A stretch of 64,000 bases of DNA from Octopus vulgaris (GCA_951406725.2 OX597821.1:18476001-18540000); one strand, 5' to 3'; positions 49,799 through 63,875 are shown, counted from the first letter of the stretch. The notes: generated by a model not told the origin, from the sequence alone. Made by a program: numbers and translations.

Positions 49799-50006
49799 GT
49801 TTCAAATTTTGCTATAAAGCCAGCAAGTTCGGGAAGCGGGTAAGTCGATTTCATCGAACCCAATGCTCAACTGGTACTTGTTTTATCGATCCTGGAGGGA
49901 TGAAAGGCAAAGTCGGCCTCGGTGGAATTTCAACTCAGAACGTAAAGATGGACGAAATGCCTCTAAGCTAAGCATTTAGCTAGGCGTGCTAACGATTCAC
50001 TACCTT
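49799..50006 (-). mobile_element. SINE B-related, 18-bp TSD
   Basis: GAATGAC(T/C)CATTTAAATG at 49781-49798 and 50007-50024. Confidence 0.75.
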
Positions 50007-50028
50007 GAATGACCCATTTAAATGAATA

Positions 50029-50436
50029 CTAGCAGCATAGCCCGGCGTTGCCCGGGTATGTAAGAGCCCTTAGTAGGCAACGACTAATCCCAATCTAGTT
50101 CTTTCCCTCTAGGGAACGAAGGCGCATGTGTAGGTTGCAATGTCTTCTCTTCACTTGAATACTTCTATGTATACGATGTTCCTAGTTGTCTCCCGACAGA
50201 AAATGTGTTGCATATAAAAGGCTTAGATTCTCGACCCCATGTCGATTTTATCGATTTTTTTCAGAACTGGGGGAACTTTTCAAAATTTTTGCTGCGTTAG
50301 TTTTGAATTATGACATTGGGCTATGTGTGTGTCAAGTTTCATCAGAATCGGTTGAAAGCCGTGGTCAGGGTGAGGGTATAACCTGACAGCCACACAGACG
50401 CACAGACAGACAAACTGCCGTTTATATATAGAGAGA
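50029..50436 (-). mobile_element. Non-autonomous Helitron
   Basis: Minus A|TCTCTCTATATATAAACGGC start; CCCGGGCAACGCCGGG hairpin then CTAG|T end. Confidence 0.85.
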
Positions 50437-50641
50437 TATAATAGAAGGCGACGCCGTTCCGGAGGGTGAAATTTATATCAGTTTGCCAAGAATTAGAATG
50501 AGACCATCTGACACTTTTCCAACATTCGTAATGAAAGTCAATAAATCCAAATGATTAATAATTGAGTAAAGCCATTCTATTTTCCCTGGAAATCTGTTTA
50601 CACACGGGCATTTGTAAGTGACTCTGTTAAAGAAGTCTCTT

Positions 50642-51035
50642 TACTCTTACTCTTTTACTTGTTTCAGCCATTTGACTACGGCCATGCTGGAGCACCACCT
50701 TTTAGTCGAGCAAATCGACCCCGGGACTTATTCTTTGTAAGCCCAGTACTTATTCTATCGGTCTCTTTTTGCCGAACCGCTAAGTGACGGGGACGTAAAC
50801 ACAGCAGCATCGGTTGTCAAGCAATGCTAGGGGGACAAACACAGACACACAAACACACACACGCATACATATATATATATACATATATGCGGCAGGCTTC
50901 TTTCAGTTTCCGTCTACCAAATCCACTCACAAGGCATTGGTCGGCCCGGGGCTATAGCAGAAGACACTTGCCCAAGATGCCACGCAGTGGGACTGAACCC
51001 GGAACCATGTGGCTGGTTAGCAAGCTACTTACACA
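50642..51035 (-). mobile_element. SINE family A
   Basis: Near-identical to the other young copies. Confidence 0.85.
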
Positions 51036-51388
51036 ACATTAGCGTGATGATGTTGAAACAAGACATAAATATCGTGTACACTGAATTTCGTCTGAGCTTA
51101 AATTTTCTTAGCTTTTAAATCAACTGGATTTTATAGACATACATATTACATGTGTGTGTATGTGCATGTGTGCGCGCTCGTGTATATGTGCGTACGCGTT
51201 TGTGTATGTGTGTGTACACACTGTTTTCTTCAGTGCTTTTAGTACCTTCTTTTTCACCTTTCCCACGCTTTCCCACCTAGAATACCTTCACATACACACA
51301 TCTTTACTGCTGTTTCAAAAATTCGGTGACAGGTTGAAGCAATAATATATAAACAGGTATGCCATATATAAGTGTTTGTCCATCTTTA

Positions 51389-51419
<31 letters not shown>

Positions 51420-51569
51420 AGTAAAAGCAATTAAGATTCAAGTCAGTTCTAATGAATTCACTTGAATGCGGTACTTAACTTAGATGCACCAGAAAACTAT
51501 ATGGTATTAACCATACAATAATGTGGGGTGATTATAAACGAGAAAAAAGCAACAAGAATGGATTAGTTT

Positions 51570-51660
51570 TTTTAGTACAATTGTTTCATACAAAGACAGG
51601 CTTTATTAAAAGCTGCAAATATTGCAGCAAATACAAGTGTCCCGTACTCATCAGCTAAAA
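51570..51660 (-). ncRNA. Type I hammerhead ribozyme, canonical core
   Basis: Mirror of 51986-52076. Confidence 0.85.
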
Positions 51661-51985
51661 CACATATGAGTTCTCCAAACATCTTAGTGGGTGAGGCTAC
51701 ACTCATGAAGTATCGGAGATAATTTTATAAAAAGCAAATTCAGGTTGTAAGCGGACTTCCAAAGTTCTTTAATGATGATGCACAGTCTTATCACAGGTTT
51801 TAAAAAAGGTTATTAGCTTCTCTGTGAAGCTAATAAGCTTTTTTAAAACCTGTGATAAGACTGTGCATCATCATTAAAGAACTTTTGAAGTCCGCTTACA
51901 ACCTGAATTTGCTTTTTATAAAATTATCTCCGATACTTCATGAGTGTAGCCTCACCCACTAAGATGTTTGGAGAACTCATATGTG

Positions 51986-52076
51986 TTTTAGCTGATGAGT
52001 ACGGGACACTTGTATTTGCTGCAATATTTGCAGCTTTTAATAAAGCCTGTCTTTGTATGAAACAATTGTACTAAAA
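51986..52076 (+). ncRNA. Type I hammerhead ribozyme, canonical core
   Basis: uuuuag-CUGAUGA-guacgggaca..ugucuuuguau-GAAA-caauug-UA-cuaaaa; palindromic stem III; GUA site after 52070. Confidence 0.85.
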
Positions 52077-52104
52077 AAACTAATCCATTCTTGTTGCTTT
52101 TCTC

Positions 52105-52176
<72 letters not shown>

Positions 52177-52558
52177 ATAAAATATACATTATATACATGT
52201 TTATATATATATTTCATAATTATATACATAATTATAATAAAGGCTTGGCTTGCGACTCACCACGCACTGAAAAATAGACGTCAAAAGACACTATTGCCAC
52301 CATAAATTCTCCGAGATAACACAGCACCATTAATAGGCTAGCAAAAGAAAGAAAATGAATTAGAACTTTCGGTTAACCGCGTACAAGATCCTGTTTCCAG
52401 CTTAAAGTAAAAAAAATATATTACCTATTGCCCTTATCAGCGCCGGTATTCCATAGCATAAATTCACTAGTGTCCATGAATATTTGTAAAATTTACCTAT
52501 GAGGCTTTTATTTCCGCGCTGACCACCTGGTAAGAATCATTAATGATTTATACCCTTT

Positions 52559-52609
<51 letters not shown>

Positions 52610-52708
52610 GTCATCATCTTCATCGTCGTCGTCGTTGTTGTTGTTGTTGTTTTTGTTTTTGTTGTTGTTTTGTTGTTGTTGTTGTTATTATTATTATATT
52701 TATTCTTG

Positions 52709-52749
<41 letters not shown>

Positions 52750-52829
52750 GTTGTTGTTGTTGTTGTTATTATTATTATTATTGCTGTTGTTGTTGTTGTT
52801 GTTATTATTATTATTATTATTATTATTAA

Positions 52830-52908
<79 letters not shown>

Positions 52909-52911
<3 letters not shown>

Positions 52912-54468
52912 TAGTTTTATTTTTATAGCGTGCTTTCACTTCACTACCGAGCACAGCTCTGTGTGCCTTGGGTATGTGCTGTGATTTATTGTGATGCTCT
53001 GATGGTTATTGTATGGAAAGTGTTCTGCGTAGGATGTGTGCAGTGCCTAGTAGTGCAATTTTCTGTATGTTATATGTGTTTGTAAGTCCTGGTGTTTTTG
53101 TTATGTATTTGTCTGAATATTTTTTTATCATGCCTAATGCACCTACTATGATAGGAATTGTTTCTGTTTTCAGATTCCCCATTCTAGTTACCTCTATTTC
53201 CAGGTCTTTGTATTTTGAGAGTTTCTCCATTTCTTTTAGAGACACGTTGTCATCAGCCGGTATTGATACATCAATTAGAAAGCATTTTTTTCTTCATGAT
53301 CTCTGACAACTATATCTGGTCTGTTGGCCTTAATTTCTCTATCTGTGTGTATCGGCATATCCCAGAGTATGGTTGCTTTCTCGTTTTCTGTGACCTTTTC
53401 TGGTGTGTGCCTATACCATCTTTTTTCTGTTGTTATTCCATAATGTTGGCATAGCTTCCAATGTATGTAGGTTCCAACTCTGTCATGTCTGTGAATATAT
53501 TCCTTCTTAGCTAGGACTGGGCAGCTAGAGATAATATGATTTATTTTTTCTTGTCCATCTCCACATATTCTGCAGTTACTTGTAATATTTCTTTTCATTA
53601 CATGTTTTTGGTAATTTCTGGTGGGGAGGCTTTGGTCTTGTGCTGCAATTAAAAAATCCCTCTGTTTCTGCTTTGAATCCTGAGCTTCTCAACCATTGCT
53701 GGGATTTTTCTTTGTCTATTTCTTTTGCGTTTAGTTTAGTGCAATATTTACCATGAAGGGGCTTTTCTTGCCATCGTTTTATCATGGTTCGTTGCTGTTC
53801 TATGTTTAGTTTGGATTTCATTTGTTTTATAGCTTTTGTTGTTCCTTCATCTTCTTCTTCTTCATGTTTATTAGGTGGTATGATTTCTTGTTTGTATTTG
53901 TCAGCTTCCTTAAATACTGAGAACAGTTTTTTGTTTTGCTCGTGTTTTGCCGCTATCTGGATCAGTTTTCCTTCCTTCTGAAGTAGATATTTTTGCAGTC
54001 CTATGGTGGTTATTTTATAGTAGTTTTCCAGCTGTATAAGGCCTCTACCACCTTCTATACGTTGTATATATAGTCTTTCTATGTCAGATTTTGGGTGATG
54101 CATCCTAGATCCTGTCATTATTTTTCTTGTTTTCCTATCTATTTTGGTCAGTTCATTTCGTGTCCAGTTAAGGATATTGTAGCTGTAACTTATAACTGGG
54201 ACAGCTAAAGTGTTGATACCTATTATCTTGTTTTTAGCATTGAGCTCTGTGTTTAGTATTGATCTAACTCGTCTATAATATTCTTTTTTTATTTTCTCTT
54301 TCATTTGTGTGTGTTGTGTCTTATCTAGTTCATGGATTCCTAAGTATTTGTAAGTTTGGCTTTGGTCTAGTTCTTTTATTTCATTGGTTTTATCTAGTGT
54401 GATGTTGTTACTCTTAACTAGTTTTCCTCTTTTCAGGGTTACTTTGGCGCATTTTTCTAATCCAAATT

Positions 54469-54472
<4 letters not shown>
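52909..54472 (-). mobile_element. 5'-truncated R4/Dong-clade non-LTR retrotransposon in (TAA)n
   Basis: KFGLEKC, YKYLG, GGRGL, CRIC..HI.SSC (CCHC), RHD, RPD..D..EK..KY restriction-like endonuclease; two frameshifts; (TAA)n on both sides is the known Dong target. Confidence 0.9.
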
Positions 54473-54532
<60 letters not shown>

Positions 54533-54552
54533 CATCATTATCATCATTATTA

Positions 54553-54733
<181 letters not shown>

Positions 54734-54737
54734 CATT

Positions 54738-55157
<420 letters not shown>

Positions 55158-55759
55158 CTATTGCTGTTTAGAATAACACCGATGTTGGTGTGAGACCGAT
55201 AGAATAAGTACTAGGCTTTTACAAAGAATAAGTCTTGTGGTCGACTTGTCCGACTAAAACGGTGCTCTAGCATAGCCGCAGTCAAATGACTGAAACATGT
55301 AAAAGAATATATATACATATATATATATATATATATGATGGCTGTAGACTCACTACTCGAGTATGACTTTTCTCAACACCAGTACTGACAGAGTACATGC
55401 ACATAGGCATCCACACAGTTAAAAGCTACCAACACAGAAATACGCAGTAATGTGGAGTTAATTATTTACAGCTTAAAGTTACAATATGGTTAGAAATAGT
55501 CTGTGATTTATGTGGCCGGAAATGAGTTTTTAGTCCAGCTTGAGACTTACTAACGACAGGGTAAACGCTTGATTTCGTTGTGAAGACTGCTGCATACTGA
55601 TATGGTGATATTTAACACGCCTAGGCGTATTAAATATCATAATATCACAATCCAGATTTAATTTACTTCTGCAGATCTTATCGGAAAGAAAGGCAGGTAA
55701 TTCGACAGATCGTAACAGTGAAAAAATCAGTGTGTGGTGGATGGAGGCCTTAATAAGTG

Positions 55760-57790
55760 CTAAATGATGACGAACTTGTCCAGTTTGGGTATCTCAAGTT
55801 AGGAGAGAAGGCTCATTGGCTACAAGCAAATCCTTTCTTGGCGTGTTTCTGCTTGTTATCTTCAAACAAGATTGCACCCTCTCGGATTTTTCACCTCTAT
55901 TTTGGCCGATCCGTTGCATCACTTTCCCAGTTTGCATCATTTTGAAACTCGCTCGCTCGCTACTTATTGAATGTTTGAAACGCATCTTTGGTTTGCATTG
56001 AGACCTTTTTGCTTCTTTTATCTGATCATAAAACACTTGTTTGGGCATGCGTTGATCAGATCCACTTATCAGGTGGCCAGTCCAGCGAAGTCTGCGTCAA
56101 TTTCAATGCTATTGACATCAGCACGGTCAAGTACTTCAGAATTTGATAATTTGTGCACCATTGGGCGCGCAAACATCGCTGATGAAAGTGCTCTAATAAT
56201 CTGTGATGCTTCTTATATACTACTCATGTCTCAAATGAGTAAAGGAGGGATGAAAGCAAACTTTGTGCTTTTGATAATATTTCTACTAGACCAAATTAGC
56301 CCGTCAAGGTTCTTGAAATCCTAGGATGCTTTTTGAAGACCGTTCGCTATTTCATCAACTAAAGAGCAAGCACGATTCAATATACTTCCAAGATATGTAA
56401 ATTTATCTAAAAAATTCAGGTTTGAGTTTTGAAGAACAATCTCAGGTTCATAATACAAGTTAGAAGTTGGTTGAACATAACAACAGTTTAATGTGAACTT
56501 ATTGTTAGCTTAAAGGCCATGCAAGATTCAAAAAGTTTAAGTATTAGGTGCTGCATATCACTGATTGAATGGGTCGTAGTCATCTGTATATAATAAATCT
56601 GAGTGGTAAGTAGCTTGCTTACCAATCACATGGTTCCGGGTTCAGTCCCACTGCGTGGCACCTTGGGCAAGTCTCTTCTACTAAAGCCTCGGGCCAACCA
56701 AAGCCTTGTGAGTGGATTTAGTAGACGGAAACTGAAAGAAGCCCGTCGTATATATGTACATATGTATATGTATGCGTGTGTATATGTTTGTGTGTCTATG
56801 TTTGTCCCCCAACATCGCTTGACAACCGATGGTGGTGTGTTTGCGTCCCTGTAACTTAGCGGTTCGGTAAAAGAGATCAACATAATAAGTACTAGGCTTC
56901 CAGAGTTTAAGTCCTGGGGTTGATTTACTCGACTAAAGGCGGTGATCCAGTATGGACGCAGTCAAATGACTGAAACAAGTAAAAGAGTAAAAGAGTAATA
57001 AATCTCTTATTAGAAAGGTAAACGCATTTGTTTTTGCTGACAACCTTCTTAACTTAAATAATTTACCGTCGCTGCTTCTGTAATGAACATGTATACCTTC
57101 CTTGAAGTTTTTAGTGCATTTGCAAGCACAACAGAGAGTATAGAGAAAATAACATCGATCCAAGAATATCTCCATGCTTCACTCCATTTTCCACTTTAGA
57201 ACTCCAGCGTAAATAAGTATGTCCAAATCATCATGAAACGACCTTATGTTCACGATATGTATGGGACAGCCAGGTTTACAGCCAAGTTTGCGCAAAACTT
57301 TCCATATTGCATACCTATTCATTGTGTTGAAGGCCTTTGTTAAATTAACAAAGAATTTCATTAAATCTAAATTTTGTTCACGACATTTTTGTTGCACCTG
57401 ACGTGTAGAAAAGATCATATCTGTGGTCCCCCTATTTAGTCTAAAACGACATTGAGGTTCTGGGAGAATATTCAGTGAAATCTCATTGTTTAATCGTGCA
57501 AGAAGAACCCTCACAAGTATTTTGCTGGCAGAGCATAAGAGTGCGATTCCTCTTGAATATCCACATTTATCTCGTGCTCATTTCCCCATTTAAATGAGAA
57601 TTATAACACCATCGACACAAAGCTTTTGGTACTGTTCCTATCTTCCATACATCACAAATTGTTTTATGCATTAATTTCGCCATACAGTCACTTCCAAACA
57701 GGAAAATCTCTGCTGCGATTCCATCTATCACTAGCGCTTTTCTAGGCTTAAGTGTCTTAATCGAGATTTGAATCTCTTCAGTTCAATTAG
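55760..57790 (-). mobile_element. Decayed RTE (BovB-like) LINE
   Basis: LPEPQCRFR..RGTTDMIFS.RQVQQKCREQN, NLTKAFN, YRSSDGKLF.LRRL.AKT, LLYTDD, RMPKQVFY. Confidence 0.85.
56601..56995 (+). mobile_element. SINE A nested in the LINE RT, 10-bp TSD
   Basis: TAATAAATCT at 56591-56600 and 56996-57005. Confidence 0.85.
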
Positions 57791-57874
57791 AGAAAAATTA
57801 TTTAATTCATAAATGATTGGCATTTGCTATACAAGTTGCATTTCTGCTGTATTTTAAGTAATAATTTTATGTGC

Positions 57875-58283
57875 GCGCAGAGTGACTGTGTGGTAAGTAT
57901 CTTGCTTACCAACCACATGGTTCCGGGTTCAGTCCCACTGCGTGGCACCTTGGGCAAGTGTCTTCTACGATAGCCTCGGGCCGACCAAAGCCTTGTGAGT
58001 GGATTTGGTAGACGGAAACTGATAGAAGCCCGTCGTATATATGTATATGTATATGTGTGTGTGTGTGTGTATGTTTGTGTGTCTGTGTTTGTTCCCCCAC
58101 CATCGCTTGACAATCGATGCTGGTGTGTTTACGTCCCCGTAACTTAGCGGTTCGGCAAAAGACACCGATAGAATAAGTACTAGGCTTACAACGAATAAGT
58201 CCTGGGGTCGATTTGCTCGACTATAGGCGGTGCTCCAGCATGGCCACAGTCAAATGACTGAAACAAGTAAAAGAGTAAAAGAG
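57875..58283 (+). mobile_element. SINE family A, TSD TATGTGC
   Basis: TSD at 57868-57874 and 58284-58290. Confidence 0.85.
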
Positions 58284-58499
58284 TATGTGCATACATATAC
58301 ATACACATATACACATACAGACAGAATACAGACTGACAAACACCATCCTGTAAGGTGTGTTCTTCCACATCCCACATGCAGCATAAACGCAATGCCTTAA
58401 GTCCTCCGAGTGGTTCGCTCGTAGCCAGGTTGCAGTTGTTCAAGCACAAGAGAAACGCCTGGAGCAGCGCTGCACCAGTTGCATGACCACAATCCGAGT

Positions 58500-59430
58500 C
58501 ACGGAGGATATCTTTGTGTTTTGCAGCCACCAAACTCTCCCACCACCAAAACTACAGTAAATCCTACTCGTCCTTTAGTAAAAGCATCTCCACCGACTTT
58601 GTACAGCCCTCTTTTCTTCTGCTTTTCAATGATGGTGGTTCAGTGAGTAGCAACTCTGCGGAGAGAAAGTCCCGACGTTCGTTTTCCATTTTGCATCCAA
58701 CTCCACACTGCACACACTTATTAAATATAATCCAAAATATATCCTCTTCCACTCCACTAAGCTCACTACCTTTCATACTTACGAGCCAAGTGTGAACGTA
58801 CTTCCCGTCGCTTCACACCAGCAAAGTCACCAGCCCTGACAATATCCCTTCTATTACCCAGAAGCACTGTGTCCCAAAGTTTACCCTCATACTCACCAAA
58901 CTCTTCATACCCACCCACCTCTCTATATGGATCTATCCTAGTTTTTGGAAACGCGCTGCAGTGTTTTTCTTTCCAAGAAGGGCATTTCATTTGGTCCTGC
59001 CAATTATCATTTTATCGCACTCATTTTCAGTATCTGAAAAGTAACGGAGACAGCCATTAATAATGACGTTCTATCAAATCTTTCTTTCTCCACTATGACT
59101 TCCACTATACCTTCTGTAAAGTTAGATCCACTTGTTACCTACTTCCTTATATCACTCACCAGTGACTTCTCACCATAAAAGAAGTATGATGGAAGCTATA
59201 TCGTTGTTCTCGACATCAGCAAAGCTTTCTATTGTATCTGTCAAATAAATCCATCGAAACTGCACAGCTATGGCCTCCATCAATCTTTCATCTTATGTGT
59301 CGGTCGCTTTTGTTTTTTAGATCGCACAAACGCGGCATGTGCTGCCCGGTACTATTAATTCCGGTGTGGCCCAGGATTCGGTTATGTTTCCTACTTTCTT
59401 TTTCCTACACATCAATATTCTTCTTGTCTT
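58500..59430 (+). mobile_element. Highly decayed LINE RT (CR1/L2/Jockey group)
   Basis: SKVTSPDNIP, PSFWKRAAV, NYHFIAL..I.KV.E, VLDISKAF remnants across frames. Confidence 0.6.
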
Positions 59431-60240
59431 CACGTTATTGCAGTAATTTCTGCAATTTTGTAGGAAGCAATCAGTCCACCCTCATTAATTTTTGTCTGTT
59501 TCTTAAATAATAATTTATCAGTACTCCGATTTCCAAAATCAGTTTTCAATGATAGACTTACCGACTTTTTCGGGATGTTTCCTTCTCGTGGTCAGAGAGT
59601 CCGAGAGGGCTTCATGGCTTCATTAGACAAAAATTAATGACACATAAGACAAAATGGCTGCTTTGGGCCTGTAGAGTTCTTGATAAAACCATATTGTAAG
59701 TATTCATCGATATGCTGTCGACACTTCTTTTTCGCAAAATACTTAGTGGCATTTCGTTCTGAGCTCAAATTTCACTGTGCTTGACTCTACTTTTCGTCCT
59801 TTCGGGATCGATAAAATACGTACCAATCGAGCAGTGCCAGCATTTGAAATCAGTATTTCTACCTGTTGATTAAATGTACCCGTAAATGATCTAAGTTAAG
59901 TGCAACGTTTTGCTTTCTTCATTATGTCTTCATAAGTGTGAGCTCATAGCCAAGTGGTTGCACTCGTGATCGTGAGATCGTGATTTCAGTTCCTTGACCG
60001 AATGGTGTGATGTGTTCTTGAGCAAAGCACTTCATCTCATATTGCTCTGTAATCACTTCGACACCTGACGTGAGGTACCTGTACATGTAATGCACCTGTA
60101 CAAGTAATGCTGATTTGATAATGTACAACACAAATATTTGATCACTATAAATTAATCATTTGTGCAGGTCGTTCAGCAAGAAATTGCAGACTCTTCTTTC
60201 TCGAGCTACTAGCGACAACCATTATTCATTGCCTTCACAC

Positions 60241-60450
60241 AGGGCGGTGAGCTGGCAGAATCGTTACCGCACCAAACGAAATGCATGGCTGCAAAAAATT
60301 CAGGGGTTCAAATGCCGTCGAAGTTGATTTTTGCTTTTTATTCATTTGGGGGTCGATAAAAAAAGTACCAGTCAAGAACTGGAGTCAATGTAATCGACTA
60401 CCTCCAACTCCCCAAATTTCAGGCTTTGTACCTAGGATAAAAAGAAGTTA
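60241..60450 (+). mobile_element. SINE B-related copy
   Basis: GGCGGTGAGCTGGCAGAATCGTTA head and GGGGTCGATAAA..GTACCAG core; other fragments at 47305-47410, 59740-59835 and 62550-62730. Confidence 0.7.
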
Positions 60451-60516
60451 TAATATTTTCATGTGTGTGCTGTGATTGTAGAGGAAGCATTTTGTATAAC
60501 ACCTAGTAAATTTGTC

Positions 60517-60600
<84 letters not shown>

Positions 60601-60807
60601 TATGTTTAAATACTCAGTGTGAAAAACGATTGTTTTTATGTCCTCTGGTCTTGTTGGTAAAGAGAGAGAGAGAGAGGGAGAGAGAGAGAGAGAGTGGGGA
60701 AGAGAAAACAAGTTGATTTGGTAGGTGTTAATTTGTATCTGTTGTTTTGGAGCCAGGTTTTTAAGTGATTTATGTCGGGTTGGAGTAGGTCGGTCTGGAG
60801 AATGAAG

Positions 60808-60858
<51 letters not shown>

Positions 60859-60998
60859 GATTTACCTGTGGTGATCTACATGCGTGTAAGTCTGTGTGTG
60901 TGCGTGTGTCCGAGCGCGCGTGTGCGTGTGTATGTATGTATGTATGTATGTATGTATGTATGTACGTGTGAGAAAGAGAGATGTGGGAAGATGTGTGC

Positions 60999-61041
<43 letters not shown>

Positions 61042-61899
61042 CGTGTGCCTCTGTGTGTGTGTGTGTGTGCGCGTGTGTTTCGAGAGATATGAGTCTTGAT
61101 GGTGTAGCTATTGATTGAAAAGTGTGGGTGAAAGGAAAGATCCTTGTAGGATTCCATTCGGAAAATTACAAATTTTATAAATGTTATTTTTGTTCACTAA
61201 ATAGGCTTGGCCATCTGACAGGTAGTTTGGTTTGCAAGCCAGCGTTTTGTGTTGTTTCCTTAAGGAGATTTAGGTATTTTGTATATGAGTGGAAAGCGGG
61301 TTTGGGGAGATGATAGAGGTGGAGTGGTAACGGAGTTAAAAGACTTATTGATGCCAGGGGTCGTTGGGGAAGTAGAAGTGAGTTGTTTACTTTGCCGTTG
61401 AAGCTGCCAGCTCTTCTGTATTAGGTTTGTAAGCTGTGTGTGGTGGTTAGATTGCGAAGTGTGAATCCAATGCTTTGATTTGGGAAAGAGAAACGTGTTG
61501 GTTAGTGATGCCTTTCTGACTCGTTGTGATTGCATATTGGACAGTGGGTGACTTCGTTTTGCGATGCTGCTTCACTTGGACTCTTTTTTTGTTTCGTTTT
61601 AAAGTTCCCATGATTTTTTTCCTCCTGGTTTCAAGATTTCGGATATTTAGTAGAACTAAATCGATTGGATTAACGTTACTCGACAGGGTTTTTCTCTGCA
61701 TTGAGAGAAATATTGTGCGCGTAAATATTTTCTCCCTCTCTGTCTCCCACTTTCTCTCCCCCCCCTCTCTCTCTCTCTCCCTCCCTTACTTTCTTTCTCT
61801 CCAGTGGTCAATCCACTACGTTCCGTTGGGACAACACTATGAGAGTCGAAAAGGTTTCAATGTCTACTCGGAACTATATAAGCACGTAAAATAAAGTAA

Positions 61900-62335
61900 G
61901 CTATTGACCATGCAGTTTGTTGGTTATGGACATAGTACTATAAACTTTCAACTTACAGCTAGGTAGACTGTTGATAGTTGATTATGTGTTTGTCAAGGAC
62001 ACTACACAGTAATCTATACTACATTATAGTACCTATTTAAAGCTAAGTCGAATGTTGACAGTAAACTGTATTGGTCATGGACAATGTACGGTGAACTATT
62101 CAAGTCTGTGATACTAACGTGGATACTGAAGTGTGTTAGTCATAGATACAGTGCAGTAAATTATCCTACAGTATGTCACCTACTTGCAGTTAGGAAGATT
62201 GGTGACAGTTAAGTTTGTTATTGACAGCTAAGATGACTGTTGACATTTGATAATGTGTTTGTCAAGGACATTGTACAGTAAACTATATTACATCTAAGTA
62301 GACTCTTGACAATTCTTAGTGCATTGGACATAGTA
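61900..62335. repeat. Degenerate tandem repeat, unit roughly 60-70 bp
   Basis: Recurrent GTTGAC/GAT..TGTGTTTGTCAAGGACA..ACAGTAA.CTAT (best pair 61966-62024 and 62236-62293). Confidence 0.6.
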
Positions 62336-62938
62336 ACCAAATCTCTCTCTCAAATCACGCACGCCTTAACGTTGAAATATATCTTTGATAATGTTGTCCT
62401 GGGTACACAATGGCTGTGTAAAAAGGGATGGATACGATTTGACTGTCTTTGGTCATGGGTCTTTTTACATTTGGACTGACCTGGACTGAAAAGAAAAGCT
62501 ACTACTACCATTGATAAATTCTTCCTAATGGAAAAATTATTAGTGGTGGGCCTGAAATTTGGTGGTGGGAGAGCAAGTTAATTACCAGTGCTCAACTGCT
62601 ACTTAGTTTATCGACCCCACCCACCAAAAAAAAAAAAAAATGAAAGGCGGCATTTGAACTGAGAACGTAAAATTGGGAAAATGCTCTTAAGCATTTTGTC
62701 TGGCTTGTTAACGATTCTACCATTTCGTCGACTTTACCATCGCTAGTAATACAAACACCACCAACAAGAGAGCTTCTACACAGCCACTCGACTTACAAAA
62801 AATAGCAGCCAAATCGCCTTCAAATCCTCAGAAAACAGAGGACACATTGGTCGATGTAGTCCCAGATACACAATCAGACGCAATGGTCATGGTTGGAACA
62901 TTTTTGACCTTGACTTAACAACTACAACAAAAACAATG

Positions 62939-63162
62939 GGCAATTTTTCGGTACAAGTACCATAACTGCCAATTACTGCTTGTTTACATTTGAAGAAGAT
63001 CGTCACTTTCCGTAAAGTTTTTTTTTTTATATATGTGGGATTAGGGTTAGGTTTTGGGTTAGGGTTAGGGGTGGGGGAAGGGTTTCTTTTTTCATCAGAA
63101 ATGTAAATAAACCCACGGGGGTTTATAATTGGCAGTTATGGTACTTGTACCGAAAGATCGCC
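62939..63162. mobile_element. MITE with ~35-bp TIRs and 9-bp TSD (Merlin-like; MULE not excluded)
   Basis: TIR GGC(A/G)AT(T/C)TTTCGGTACAAGTACCATAACTGCCAATT; TSD AAAACAATG (62930-62938, 63163-63171); internal TTAGGG repeats. Confidence 0.8.
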
Positions 63163-63359
63163 AAAACAATGTATTACGATCCAACGAAAGGCTTGCTTTG
63201 TTGTCATGAGGTCCGTTATAAATAGCAGTCAAATCTCCCTCAAATCACATCCTACTGTCTAAATATTAGGAAAGAACACATTAAATGACGGAGTCTTAAA
63301 TATTCCTTTGACTAGGTGGTCACGGTTGAAACTTTCTATGAGGTCTATTAGGTCAGTGT

Positions 63360-63875
63360 CATCATCATCTTCACCATCACCATCTCCACCAGCACCACAG
63401 CTGCCATCACCACGCTCAGTACCAAAACCTCCGCTTCCACCGTCACCCCACTACAACCACCAACGCAACCACCAAAGCCAACATCACTACCACCGCCATT
63501 GACATTTCTGTTTCCACCGCTTCCGTAACACCACAACCACCACTCGCAGCCGCCGCAGCCGCCGCGACCGCCGAACACGCCGCAACCGCTGCACCCATCA
63601 CCATCATCATATCCATCAGCACTCTCACCACCACCACCACCACCACCACCACCACCACCACCACCACAACTCTCCACCACCACCACTATCCACCACCACC
63701 ACCACCACACCACCACCACCACCACCACCACCACCACCACCACCACCACCACCACAACTCTCCACCACCACAACTTTCCACCACCACAACTCTCCACCAC
63801 GAAAAACAACAACAACAACAACAACAGCACACCCACAACCACCAACCCCCACCATCACTACTACCATCATCTCCA
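63360..63875. repeat. (CAC)n/(CAA)n/(GCC)n low-complexity tract
   Basis: Direct inspection. Confidence 0.85.

Larger units (their letters stand above)
51419..52106. mobile_element. Penelope-like foldback element in (TA)n; near-perfect palindrome 51538-52106
   Basis: ~280-bp arms, 5-nt loop at 51821-51825, few mismatches. Confidence 0.8.
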
